Below are positions 36,670 to 46,302 of a stretch of 56,256 nt of DNA, in pieces. The stretch spans positions 233,338 through 289,593 of the forward strand of contig CAZIDK010000001.1 in NCBI GenBank assembly GCA_964537895.1, in the 5' to 3' direction. The translations under genes were made by a program, and so were the position numbers. The notes under the pieces were generated by a model. The model was not told where the DNA came from, made no database searches, and saw nothing but the letters and a program-made list of their open reading frames with translations. The DNA comes from an uncultured Gammaproteobacteria bacterium. Lineage in GTDB: Bacteria; Patescibacteriota; Microgenomatia; Levybacterales; UBA12049. The first letter of the stretch is position 1, and every line of letters starts with the position of its first letter.

Positions 36670-39515
36670 AGTTTAAAGAATTATCAGAATATTTCGAAAA
36701 ATTGGAGAAAATTTCATCCAGGCTTGCCTTAATTGATATTCTTTCCGAACTTTTCAAAAAAACTCCAAAAGAAGAAATTGAAAAAACCATTTATTTAATA
36801 CAAGGCCGTCTCGCGCCGTTTTTTGTCCCGATTGAGATAGGAATGGCAGAAAAAACCGTTGCTGTCTCTATTGCCAATGCTTATGATTTGACAAGAGAAG
36901 AAGTTCTTAAACTTTATCAAAAACTTGGGGATATGGGGCTGGCCAGTTACGAACTGGCCAGAAATTCGAAATCCGTCCATTCGACAAGCTCAGGACGAAA
37001 TTCGAAATTATCGGTATCGGAAGTCTTTGATGTACTTAATGAAATTGCAAATACAAAAGGAGAAGGAACGGTTGAAAAAAGACAGACGTTGCTATCAAAT
37101 CTTCTCAAAGAGCTTGATCCTATTTCCGCAAAACATCTGGTTAGAATTCCTTTGGGCAATACGCGTTTGGGAATCGGCGACCCGACAGTTTTAGATGCAT
37201 TGGCAACTGCAAAATTGGGAGATAAGAGCAACAGAAAACTTTTAGAAGGCGCTTATAACAGAACTTCGGATTTAGGCTTAATTGCAAAAACTTTGTGGGA
37301 AAAGGGATTAACAGGCGTTGAAAAACTTGAAGTAAGGGTTGGTTCTCCAATACGAAGCGAACTTTGCGAAAGGCTTCCAACTCCAGAAAAAGTTATTGAA
37401 AAAATGTCCCTCGACTCCGCTCGGGATAAAATTGGCGTTGATGTCCAGTATAAATACGATGGTTTTCGTTGCGTAGGAGGATATACGCCTATCTACACAA
37501 AAAGAAAAGGAATTACCGTAATGCGGGATCTTCAAGTTGGAGATGAAGTGCTTACTAAAAGCGGCAGATTTAAGAAAGTGCTTGCCAAGCGTAAAAGAAT
37601 GATTAGGAAAAAAGAGCGCCTTTTTGTATTTAAGACATATTTAGGGGAAGAGATTAAAGTCTCAGAAGGGCATCCAGTACTAGCTTTAGTCGATGGAAAA
37701 GAGCAGTGGAAATTTATTGAAAATATTAAATCAGGCGATGAAGTTGTTTTTCCATTACCTATTTTCCCTCCAAGCAATCCTCATCCTGCGCCTAAAAAAC
37801 TTGAGCTACAAACAATTTCAGGATATAAAAAAACATTTGTTTTAAATGAGGATTTCTATAGATTTATGGGTTTTTGGATAGGCGACGGATTTACAAACGA
37901 TTTTCATAATACAGAAAGAGTAGGTTTAACATTTAATAACAGAACTGAAAAGAAACTCGCTGATGAATACGAAAAAATTATTAATACAACACTACAAGTT
38001 TCTTCTATTTCTAGAAATATTCACAATGGCGGATTGAATTTATATTGGAGAGACGAACCCCTCAAGCATTGGCTTTCAACTTATTTTAGAAGAGAATGGC
38101 AAGGTAAAATGTTGCCGGAATGGTTTTCTCATGTTACAAAAAAACAGTTCATGGCGTTTTTAACCGGCTGGATTGAATCTGATGGCCATACCGATAAAGA
38201 CGGATTTACAAAAATTGTTACAAAAGAACGTGATTTAGCTGCATTTGCGCAACTTATTGCATTGTCTTTTGGAATAATAATGGGACTGCGTTACATCCGT
38301 ATAAAAAATAAAACATACTACTCGCTGCTGATTCCCAAAACACAAAGAAAAGCAAGAATTATCGGACAAAAAATATATGTAAAAGTCCTAAGAAATGCAG
38401 AATTTAAAAATAGGGATGAGAGAACACAACTTTATGATATTCAGATTGAGGATGATGAAAGTTTTTGCATACCAATGGCAACATTGCATAATTGTCAAAT
38501 TCATAAAAACGGAGATGAAATTAGGATGTTTTCAAGAAATTTAGAAGAAATGACGCATATGTTTCCCGAGTTAACAGTAGCCGCAAGAAAACAAATCAAA
38601 GCCGAAAATGTAATTTTGGATACAGAGGCCCTTGCTTATAACCCGGAGTCTGAAGAGTTTCTGCCTTTTCAGGAAACTACCAAAAGAAGAAGAAAACACA
38701 ACATTTTAGAAATGGCCGAAAAGCTCCCCCTTAAAGCTTTTGTTTTTGACATTTTGTATAAAGACGGAAAACAGCTTTTGGATGAGCCTCTTTATAAAAG
38801 AATGGAAATTTTAAAAGAAGTAATTTCGGAAGACGGTGTTTTAATCAGAACAAAAAATCAGACCGTAAAAGACGCAAAGACACTGGGAATTTTATTGGAA
38901 GACGCTATTTCCAAAGGCCTGGAGGGATTGGTTGTAAAACGCTTAGAAAGCCCCTATGAAGCCGGTGGGCGCAACTTTAATTGGGTAAAGCTGAAAAGAC
39001 ATTCAAGCGGAGAATTAAACGATACAATCGACTGTGTAATCCTAGGCTATATTACAGGAAAAGGTAAAAGAGCGGCATTTGGCGCTGGAGCTTTATTAGT
39101 TGGCGTTTACGACGATAAAAAAGATGAATTTGTAACCGTTTCTAAAATCGGTACCGGACTTACGGATGAAGAGTGGCGAGAGGTTCATAAAAGAGCAGAC
39201 ATAATAAAACTTGAAAGTAAACCGGCAAGAGTTAACTCACAAATTATTCCGTCTGTTTGGATAAAACCGGAGATTGTGATTGAGGTTTTGGCAGACGAGA
39301 TAACCCGTTCTCCGATTCATACCGCCGGTGCTTCGACAAGTTCAGCATCCCATTCGGGTCTGAGCTCCTCAGGGTTGAAGACTGGCGAAAAAGAGCCGGG
39401 GTACGCGTTAAGATTTCCGCGGTTAGTTTCATTCAGAAATTTTGATAAAAAAGCGGAGGACTCAACTTCGGTTAAAGAATTAATCGATATGTACAAGCAG
39501 CAAAAACTAAGTTAA
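36666..39515 (+). CDS. lig: ATP-dependent DNA ligase (archaeal/eukaryotic-like) containing an intein
   Basis: KYDGFR motif I, ILDTE, FDILY, EGLVVK, WVKLK, LRFPR. Confidence 0.92.
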   Translation: MKFKELSEYFEKLEKISSRLALIDILSELFKKTPKEEIEKTIYLIQGRLAPFFVPIEIGMAEKTVAVSIANAYDLTREEVLKLYQKLGDMGLASYELARNSKSVHSTSSGRNSKLSVSEVFDVLNEIANTKGEGTVEKRQTLLSNLLKELDPISAKHLVRIPLGNTRLGIGDPTVLDALATAKLGDKSNRKLLEGAYNRTSDLGLIAKTLWEKGLTGVEKLEVRVGSPIRSELCERLPTPEKVIEKMSLDSARDKIGVDVQYKYDGFRCVGGYTPIYTKRKGITVMRDLQVGDEVLTKSGRFKKVLAKRKRMIRKKERLFVFKTYLGEEIKVSEGHPVLALVDGKEQWKFIENIKSGDEVVFPLPIFPPSNPHPAPKKLELQTISGYKKTFVLNEDFYRFMGFWIGDGFTNDFHNTERVGLTFNNRTEKKLADEYEKIINTTLQVSSISRNIHNGGLNLYWRDEPLKHWLSTYFRREWQGKMLPEWFSHVTKKQFMAFLTGWIESDGHTDKDGFTKIVTKERDLAAFAQLIALSFGIIMGLRYIRIKNKTYYSLLIPKTQRKARIIGQKIYVKVLRNAEFKNRDERTQLYDIQIEDDESFCIPMATLHNCQIHKNGDEIRMFSRNLEEMTHMFPELTVAARKQIKAENVILDTEALAYNPESEEFLPFQETTKRRRKHNILEMAEKLPLKAFVFDILYKDGKQLLDEPLYKRMEILKEVISEDGVLIRTKNQTVKDAKTLGILLEDAISKGLEGLVVKRLESPYEAGGRNFNWVKLKRHSSGELNDTIDCVILGYITGKGKRAAFGAGALLVGVYDDKKDEFVTVSKIGTGLTDEEWREVHKRADIIKLESKPARVNSQIIPSVWIKPEIVIEVLADEITRSPIHTAGASTSSASHSGLSSSGLKTGEKEPGYALRFPRLVSFRNFDKKAEDSTSVKELIDMYKQQKLS
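37470..38492 (+). mobile_element. Intein (341 aa) with LAGLIDADG homing endonuclease
   Basis: Starts C(VGGYT); block B VSEGHPVL; FMGFWIGDG and FLTGWIESDG endonuclease motifs; ends YDIQIE..TLHN followed by +1 Cys (CQIHK). Confidence 0.93.
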
Positions 39516-39518
39516 ATA

Positions 39519-39809
39519 TTACTTAACAACTTCTCCAACCAACCCAGCAACCACATTTCTTATTCTTGCCAATGGTCTTCTTTGTTCGCCAACTGGTTGC
39601 TGTCCTTGGGCTCTTTCCATCTCTTCTCTTTTCATCTCTTCTGCTACTAGTTCACCGGTAAAAGCATTTATATCATTAACAATTGGTATTTTTTCACCGT
39701 TTGGTAGCCTTCTCATTTTGGGGTCACCACGATGAAATAAGCTAAATCTTGGTTTTTCTGAAGAATCTGTGATGTTTCCCATATCTCTGTCTCCTTCCAC
39801 AAGTGTCAT
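39519..39809 (-). CDS. Hypothetical protein
   Basis: 96-aa ORF in intergenic gap. Confidence 0.5.
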   Translation of the reverse strand: MTLVEGDRDMGNITDSSEKPRFSLFHRGDPKMRRLPNGEKIPIVNDINAFTGELVAEEMKREEMERAQGQQPVGEQRRPLARIRNVVAGLVGEVVK

Positions 39810-39902
39810 AAATCCTATAAGAACATTTTTGCACTATAAGACCTGTTTGTCAGGTTATATATTTAGCTTAACATGTATTTCTGTTTTGTTTCAAGAGGGA
39901 TT

Positions 39903-40937
39903 TTATTTAAAATAGTCTTTTTTAGATATTCTTTCGATTAATTGATTAAAAAACTGAATCTGAAGAGTTAAAAGATGCTTAACTGCTTCATTAGTTTCAT
40001 TTCTTGAGCCTGTATCTATCAATATTGCCCCCGTTGTTCTCTCAAGAAGCATTAAGTGTATGTTTTTGATTGCCTTTTCATCATTTTTGACAACCGGAAT
40101 CTGATAGAAATTATCAAACCATTTTTTAACAAATTCAACATACTTTTCAAGAGTGAATATCTTATCTTCTATAGCTTCAAGGCACCAATGTAGGTTGAAT
40201 ACAAGATCGTAATACTCTGGTCTGTATGTCCAATAAAGATTAGAAAGAAGGACAAACTCTTTGCCGTTATAAAGAATATCTTTTGAGCTTAAATGTCCAT
40301 GCGAAAACACCATTTTGCTATCCATGTTTTTAGACATAAAATCTTTATAAATATTTACAATATTTTCGATTTGTTTACGGGAAATGGTTTTTTCTAATAA
40401 TCCTTTATGATCTGATATTTTTTTCCAGGTTTCTACGCGTTTCAGGACAAAATTTTTGGTGCTAGTTTCCTCATCTGTTTTTACGAAAGGAGAGTTGATG
40501 CATTTAGTTTTATATTCCTCATAAAAATCACAGAACAATTTTATTTGGTTAGAGCTTGGAAAAGGCATTTCATGAATTTTAGGGTAGGGGACAAATTCTG
40601 CTACTAAAAATCCAAATCCATCTTTTTCGTTCCATTTTTGGTAAGCATAAAGCTCGGGTAATCTAATAATTTTACTTTTATTCTGTTTTTTAAAGCCAAT
40701 TAAGATGTCTACTTCATCGGTTTCCGGATGAAGACCCTGAAGTTTTAGAACTGCAGGTTTGCCTTTGTAAATTCCTTTATAGATTATGCTCCCGATTTTA
40801 TCGGGGTCAAAAATCATTCCCTTAAAAAGAACCGCTTGTGGAGTAAATCCTGTTTTAGAGACTACAATTTCCAAAACCTCTTTTTCTCTTTTGGAGAAAT
40901 CTTCTTGGGTAAAATATTTCTCAACGATTTTTATCAT
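39903..40937 (-). CDS. Kinase-like / aminoglycoside-phosphotransferase-fold protein
   Basis: AVLKLQG, IRLPELY, VFSHGHLSSKDI (Brenner-like motif with D to H), W..RPEYYDL. Confidence 0.6.
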   Translation of the reverse strand: MIKIVEKYFTQEDFSKREKEVLEIVVSKTGFTPQAVLFKGMIFDPDKIGSIIYKGIYKGKPAVLKLQGLHPETDEVDILIGFKKQNKSKIIRLPELYAYQKWNEKDGFGFLVAEFVPYPKIHEMPFPSSNQIKLFCDFYEEYKTKCINSPFVKTDEETSTKNFVLKRVETWKKISDHKGLLEKTISRKQIENIVNIYKDFMSKNMDSKMVFSHGHLSSKDILYNGKEFVLLSNLYWTYRPEYYDLVFNLHWCLEAIEDKIFTLEKYVEFVKKWFDNFYQIPVVKNDEKAIKNIHLMLLERTTGAILIDTGSRNETNEAVKHLLTLQIQFFNQLIERISKKDYFK

Positions 40938-41044
40938 AGATTATATAAATTATAACAAATTAGTTTATGATAAAATGACTCTATGCCCGCTTAATCTTAG
41001 TCCGATGTTCTTCGGACAGCGATTTAGCGCCGGACAATCCGTAT

Positions 41045-42439
41045 ATGGAATATGTAGCAGATTTACATTTACATTCAAAATATAGCCGGGCAGTAAGTAA
41101 AGACATGGTTTTGCCGACAATGGCTTTTTGGGCCAAGAAAAAAGGAATTAGTATTCTTTCAACCGGAGACTGGACTCACCCTTTGTGGCTTAGAGAAATA
41201 AAAGATCAGCTTGAAGAGGCGAGCGAAGGCCTCTTTAAACTCTCCGCCAAAGGCGGATCCGCCTCGGGCGGAAAATCTCAAAATCAGGAAAAAGAAGTCC
41301 TATTTCTTCTTTCCGTTGAGATTTCCAGCATTTATTCTCAAGGAGGAAGAGGACACAGGATACATAATCTGGTTTTTTCACCAAGTTTTGAAACAGCAGA
41401 AAAAATAAACAATGAACTTGTAAAAAGAGGCTGTAATTTGGCCTCGGATGGACGTCCGATAATAGGATTTTCTTCGATCCAGCTCTTAGAACTCATAAAG
41501 TCTATAGACGAGAACACGCTTCTTATTCCGTGTCATGCCTGGACGCCGTGGTTTTCCTTATACGGGTCAAACTCCGGATTTGATTCTATAGACGAAGCTT
41601 TTGGCGAGTATGGAAAATACATTTACGGGGTTGAAACCGGTCTTTCAAGCGATCCTTTTATGAACTGGCAAATCCCGGAGCTTAAAAACCGTTCGATTTT
41701 GTCTTTTTCCGACGCCCATTCTCCGATGAAAATGGGACGTGAATGCACCGTCTTTATTCATAAAGACGGAAATCCGAAATCCGAAATCCGAAATCCGAAA
41801 ATTACATACGACGATATAATTTCGGCAATAAAAAAAGAAGATTCGGCAAAGTTTAAAATAGGTTACACAATTGAGTTTTATCCCGAAGAAGGAAAATATC
41901 ATTACAATGGGCACAGAAACTGCCAAGTTGTACAAACGCCTCAAGAAACAAAAGAGAAGGGGACAATTTGTCCGGCTTGCCACAGGCCTTTAACGGTTGG
42001 AGTTATGGATAGAGTCCAAGAGCTGGCAAGAGGTAATGATTGGTTCGGTCAGGAAACCGTAAAACTTAACCCAAACGGGGTTAAATGGATACTTGACAAA
42101 ACAGGTAACCACCCGCCTTTTGTAAAACTTGTTCAGCTTGTTCAGATTATCGCAGAAAGCTTATCTTCAACAGTACCAAGTTTAAAAGTTGTAAATATGT
42201 ATAACGATGTTTGCAATAAATTTGGTTCCGAACTTGAAGTTTTACTCAAAACGCCGATTAAAGAAATTCAAAAAGAGGCAGGCGAAAGGGTAGCAGAGGG
42301 AGTTGAAAAGGTCAGAAAAGGAGAGATTGTTATTTTGCCCGGATTTGACGGACAGTACGGAATTGTAAAAATTTGGGACGATAAAAAGATAACCGAAAAA
42401 CAAACGAATCTGGTGAATCAGCTCGGTCTTGATTTTTAA
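41045..42439 (+). CDS. Endonuclease Q family (PHP domain + Zn finger)
   Basis: ADLHLHSKYSRA, TGDWTHP, HAWTPW, ETGLSSD, SDAHS, GKYH..GHRNC, CPAC, PGFDGQYG. Confidence 0.85.
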   Translation: MEYVADLHLHSKYSRAVSKDMVLPTMAFWAKKKGISILSTGDWTHPLWLREIKDQLEEASEGLFKLSAKGGSASGGKSQNQEKEVLFLLSVEISSIYSQGGRGHRIHNLVFSPSFETAEKINNELVKRGCNLASDGRPIIGFSSIQLLELIKSIDENTLLIPCHAWTPWFSLYGSNSGFDSIDEAFGEYGKYIYGVETGLSSDPFMNWQIPELKNRSILSFSDAHSPMKMGRECTVFIHKDGNPKSEIRNPKITYDDIISAIKKEDSAKFKIGYTIEFYPEEGKYHYNGHRNCQVVQTPQETKEKGTICPACHRPLTVGVMDRVQELARGNDWFGQETVKLNPNGVKWILDKTGNHPPFVKLVQLVQIIAESLSSTVPSLKVVNMYNDVCNKFGSELEVLLKTPIKEIQKEAGERVAEGVEKVRKGEIVILPGFDGQYGIVKIWDDKKITEKQTNLVNQLGLDF

Positions 42440-42596
42440 TTGCGGTTGGTTTACCATCAAGTTATATAAGGAACCCGCCTAAGTTTTCCGTTCGCCTTTC
42501 CCGCCTGCAATGCTTTGCATAGCAATGCGGGCAGGTCAGTACTATTCGTACACGGCTCACGGAGCGCTTCATCGGCGGGCAGAAGGGAGGTGAAAT

Positions 42597-43037
42597 ATGG
42601 CAGAAGCAAAAAACATGAATCTTATGGTAACATTAGAGGAAACGTTTGCTAAACTTCCTCCTTTGTCACCAAGTGTCCGCGAAGTTATCGTAACAATTAC
42701 TCCCTGGCTCGCATTAATTTTTGGAGTCTTAGGAGTTTTGGCATCATTATCAGCTTTTGGTCTCTCTGCAGCTTTTGCTCCGGCAGTTGCATTGGGAGGC
42801 GGAGTTGGGCTTGCAACAGGTCTTATGGTGGCAGCAGTTTTAGGCCTTGCTCAAAGCGCATTGATGCTCGTTGCAACACCAAATCTTTTCAAAAGGAAAG
42901 CGTTTGGTTGGACACTTTTATTTTGGTCGGAAGTATTAGCAGTAGTTGCGGCAGGAGTATCATTTTCCGTTGTAGGAGTACTCGTTGCTGTTCTTTCTTT
43001 CTATTTCTTATTCCAAATAAAATCTTATTATAAATAA
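42597..43037 (+). CDS. Membrane protein
   Basis: Four hydrophobic segments, YFLFQIKSYY end, GGGAGGTG RBS. Confidence 0.75.
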   Translation: MAEAKNMNLMVTLEETFAKLPPLSPSVREVIVTITPWLALIFGVLGVLASLSAFGLSAAFAPAVALGGGVGLATGLMVAAVLGLAQSALMLVATPNLFKRKAFGWTLLFWSEVLAVVAAGVSFSVVGVLVAVLSFYFLFQIKSYYK

Positions 43038-43166
43038 GAATGGAGCTAATTTATCCAGCACCTTTTTAAAACTCCGCGGCTTGCCGCGGGGGTATTGTTC
43101 TTGATTTTTCCCACGTGAGCTTAATGCTCCGTGGGGGGAAAGGTACTGGATTTATAAAGGGCCATT

Positions 43167-43195
43167 CCTTTAAAAGGGTGGCTCTTTTGTTTTGG
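43167..43195 (+). terminator. Probable intrinsic terminator (3' part of hairpin starting ~43158)
   Basis: agggccattcct-ttaa-aagggtggctct followed by tttgtttt. Confidence 0.5.
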
Positions 43196-43238
43196 CGTCG
43201 CCCAGAGGGCTTTGCCCGGCGGGTGTATAATGTGTGGG

Positions 43239-43865
43239 ATGTTTGAAAACAGAGAAGAAGCGGCCTTAAAACTTTGTTTAAAACTTAAAAGCGCTGTTAA
43301 AGGTAAGGATATTGTTGTTATAGCCCTGGTAAGAGGCGGAGTAATTTTAGGTAAAATTATCGCAGACAATTTTAAAGCTCCCTTAGATATTATTGTTATT
43401 AAAAAAATAGGCGCGCCTGGGAATAATGAACTTGCAATTGGAGCAGTCGGTCCTAAAAACACAGCTTATTGGAACAATGATTTATGTAAAGTTTTGGGTT
43501 TATCTCAAAAAGAAAAATTAGAGTTAAAAAAAGAAAAAGAGAGACAAAGAAGAGAACAGGAAAAACTATTTAAAAGCCGCCATATTGACTTTAGAAAAAA
43601 ATCGGTTATCCTTGTTGATGACGGAATCGCAACGGGCGCAACCGCAATAGTTGCTGCCAAATTTCTTAAAAAGAGTAAAGGAAAAAAAGTAATTTTGGCA
43701 GTTCCGGTAATTTCAAAAGATACATTAATTAATATTAAAGAATATTTTGATATGGTGTTAAGTTTGAAAATTGTTAAAGATTTCTCTGCGGTTGGAGAGT
43801 TTTACAAAAGTTTTCCTCAAGTAGAAAATGAGCAAGTTATTAAAATTTTAGCAACTAGCCACTAG
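43239..43865 (+). CDS. Phosphoribosyltransferase-family protein
   Basis: MFENREEA, RGGV, KKIGAPGN.ELAIGA, VILVDDGIATGAT; ATG 7 nt after TGTATAAT. Confidence 0.88.
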   Translation: MFENREEAALKLCLKLKSAVKGKDIVVIALVRGGVILGKIIADNFKAPLDIIVIKKIGAPGNNELAIGAVGPKNTAYWNNDLCKVLGLSQKEKLELKKEKERQRREQEKLFKSRHIDFRKKSVILVDDGIATGATAIVAAKFLKKSKGKKVILAVPVISKDTLINIKEYFDMVLSLKIVKDFSAVGEFYKSFPQVENEQVIKILATSH

Positions 43866-44059
43866 CACTTAGCAATCAGTTATAATAAATTAACTAGTTG
43901 CTATTTGCTGAAGGCTAAATTTATGAAGCTTATTGTAGGACTGGTCCATCCTAATCTTTCCGTTCGATCGCGTTCGACGCGACTCACGGAGCCCCGCCTG
44001 CATTGCCTTTCGGCAAAAGCCGATGGCGGGCAGGGATTTAAGGAGGATCTCGCATCATT

Positions 44060-44683
44060 ATGAAGTTGATAGTTGGGCTCGGTAATCCGGGATTAAAATA
44101 CGAACGTACAAGACATAACCTGGGTTTTGTTGCTGTTGAACATTTTTTAAAAGACTTCGCGCCGGTAAAAGATGGAACTTGGGAAGATTCAAAAAAATTT
44201 AAAAGCGAGATTGCAGAAATTACTTGGCAGCCGAAAGCCTCGTTACCGCAAAAAGTAATTCTCTGTAAGCCCAAAACCTATATGAATAACTCCGGAATGG
44301 CTGTTAAAATAATTAAAGATTTTTATAAAATTCACCCATCGGATATTTGGATCATTCACGATGATGTTGATTTACCTTTAGGCAGCATGAAAATAAGACT
44401 TGGGGGAGCATCTGCGGGGCATAAGGGCGTTGATTCAATAATTAACACTCTTGGTACGGACAAGTTTTGGAGATTTAGATTAGGTATTGGAAAGCCGAAA
44501 CAAAATTTAAGTGAAAAGCACCAGAGCTTTGTTTTTAAAGGTGTTGATAACTATGTTTTGGGGGAATTAATGGGCGGAGATTGGAGCAGGGCAAAAACTC
44601 TTATTAAAAAATCGGTAAAAGCAATTGAAACAGCGCTTGAAAAGGATCTTACAGTTGCCATGAACAGGTTTAATACAAAATAA
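44060..44683 (+). CDS. pth: Peptidyl-tRNA hydrolase
   Basis: MKLIVGLGNPG, TRHNLGF, KPKTYMN.SG, HDDVDL, GHKG, RLGIG. Confidence 0.96.
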   Translation: MKLIVGLGNPGLKYERTRHNLGFVAVEHFLKDFAPVKDGTWEDSKKFKSEIAEITWQPKASLPQKVILCKPKTYMNNSGMAVKIIKDFYKIHPSDIWIIHDDVDLPLGSMKIRLGGASAGHKGVDSIINTLGTDKFWRFRLGIGKPKQNLSEKHQSFVFKGVDNYVLGELMGGDWSRAKTLIKKSVKAIETALEKDLTVAMNRFNTK

Positions 44684-44751
44684 ACCCTGCGCTTTTATGT
44701 TAAAATTTAGAAAAATTTCAAAAATTATTGAAGGAGAAGGTGCAAGATAAA
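44681..44751. mobile_element. MITE-like element flanked by TAAA duplication
   Basis: taaa-ccctgcgcttttatgttaaaattta...ggagaaggtgcaaga-taaa. Confidence 0.7.
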
Positions 44752-45017
44752 TGCAGAAAGTATCGCAAATTCTTAAAAACTTCGATCCTGTAAAGGATAA
44801 GTATATTTCCAGGGATTTTCAGGCATTCGGAATATGGCTTGCCGAAGAGATGGACGATTACAAAAATAGGTCAATGTATATAAAACTTGCAAAAGTAAAT
44901 CACAGGAGCATTCTGGAAAAATCCCTGTCTTTTGTTAAAGACAGCAATGCCGATAATAAAGTTGCTCTTTTTTTGTGGAAATTAAAACAGCTTAAAAACG
45001 AAGTAAAAACAAAATAA
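44751..45017 (+). CDS. Small basic hypothetical protein
   Basis: FQAFGIWLAEEM..MYIKLAK..ILEKSLSFVKDS..LFLWKL. Confidence 0.75.
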   Translation: MQKVSQILKNFDPVKDKYISRDFQAFGIWLAEEMDDYKNRSMYIKLAKVNHRSILEKSLSFVKDSNADNKVALFLWKLKQLKNEVKTK

Positions 45018-45545
45018 ATGACATCCCGAAAATATTTCTCCATTTTTGTATTAATACTTTCTTTTGTTTTATCCATAGGAGTTTTTGTTTTAAGAGACAA
45101 TTTTAAGGAAGCCACCAACTTGGGGCTTTTGGGAATATTTTTAATCAATTTGGCATCAAGCTCTACTTTTTTTGTCTCCGGACCGGCATTTCTTACGGTC
45201 ATTGCCGGAGGCTCAATATACCCGCCCCTTCTTGTTGCCCTTGTCGCGTCTTTGGGAGCGGCAGCAGGAGACATGGTTTCTTTTTTTCTTGGATTCTCCG
45301 GAAGAAGCTTGACAGAGCATAAGCTTAAGAAAAAATTATGGTTTAGGGTGCTTGAGGATTTATTTAAAGCATACGGCACGATTATTGTTCTTACCCTTGC
45401 CATTATTCCTAATCCCGTTTTCGACGCAATAGGCCTTGTGGCCGGAGTTTTAGGGTTTAAGCCGCTTAAGTTTTTTGCTCTTATGCTTATAGGACGCTTT
45501 GCAAGATTTGTTATTTTAGCTCTTATTGGAGCAAGATTCTATTAA
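45018..45545 (+). CDS. VTT/DedA (SNARE-associated) membrane protein
   Basis: GAAAGDMVSFFLG, IPNPVFDAIGLVAG, GRFARF. Confidence 0.85.
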   Translation: MTSRKYFSIFVLILSFVLSIGVFVLRDNFKEATNLGLLGIFLINLASSSTFFVSGPAFLTVIAGGSIYPPLLVALVASLGAAAGDMVSFFLGFSGRSLTEHKLKKKLWFRVLEDLFKAYGTIIVLTLAIIPNPVFDAIGLVAGVLGFKPLKFFALMLIGRFARFVILALIGARFY

Positions 45546-45594
45546 TGATAAAGGATGAAGGATTAGGGATTAAAGTAAAGATTAAGGATAAATT

Positions 45595-45963
45595 ATGAGT
45601 GATGAGAAGCCAAGAGATATTAAAGAAAGATCATTTACATTTGCGGTAAGAGTTTTAAAGATGACAAAATATCTATCCAAAAACTCAATTAATAATGTTT
45701 TGATAAATCAGGTAATACGTTCAGCAACCTCAATTGGGGCTAACATAGAAGAGGCACAGGGAGCTCATACCAAAAGTGATTTTGCTCATTGTATGAATAT
45801 AGCCAAAAAAGAAGCAAGGGAAACATTCTATTGGCTAAAATTAATAAATGAAATGAACCATACTATTTCAGAAAGGTTAAATCTTTTAGTAATAGAAAAT
45901 GAAGAAATCATTAAAATTCTTACAACAATAGTTAAGAAATCTAATCCGAGAAATTTTAATTAA
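45595..45963 (+). CDS. Four-helix bundle protein (23S rRNA IVS-protein / Avd-like family)
   Basis: RSFTFAVRV, QVIRSATSIGANIEEA, IAKKEARETFYWL; flanked by heptamer repeats. Confidence 0.92.
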   Translation: MSDEKPRDIKERSFTFAVRVLKMTKYLSKNSINNVLINQVIRSATSIGANIEEAQGAHTKSDFAHCMNIAKKEARETFYWLKLINEMNHTISERLNLLVIENEEIIKILTTIVKKSNPRNFN

Positions 45964-45994
45964 TCACTAACCATTTATCATTAATAATTATAAT

Positions 45995-46261
45995 ATGCAG
46001 GCAAGAATTTATGTTTTGGGTTTTGTTCAGGGTGTTGGATTCAGGCAATTTATTAAGAAAAACGCTCGCTCTCTTGGGCTTAAGGGATTTGTTAGAAATC
46101 TTCCCGACGGAAGGGTAGAGATAGTCGCAAAGAGCGCAAAGGAACAAATAGAAAAACTTATTGATCTTTGTGAAAAAGGACCGTTTTTCTCGGAAGTAAA
46201 GTCAGTTGGGGTTAATTTCGAAGAGGAAGAAGAGTTTGAGGGATTTGAAATACTTCGCTGA
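45995..46261 (+). CDS. acyP: Acylphosphatase
   Basis: GFVQGVGFR, GFVRNLPDGRVE, GP. Confidence 0.92.
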   Translation: MQARIYVLGFVQGVGFRQFIKKNARSLGLKGFVRNLPDGRVEIVAKSAKEQIEKLIDLCEKGPFFSEVKSVGVNFEEEEEFEGFEILR

Positions 46262-46302
46262 ATTTTCATTCAGGTTTGATTGTACCAGATTAATTTTACA
46301 TC

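Noticed and set aside
45595-45963. Diversity-generating retroelement (Avd-like gene)
   Set aside because: No reverse transcriptase and no TR/VR pair with adenine-specific mismatches seen. The recoded start pairs differ at third codon positions of all bases.
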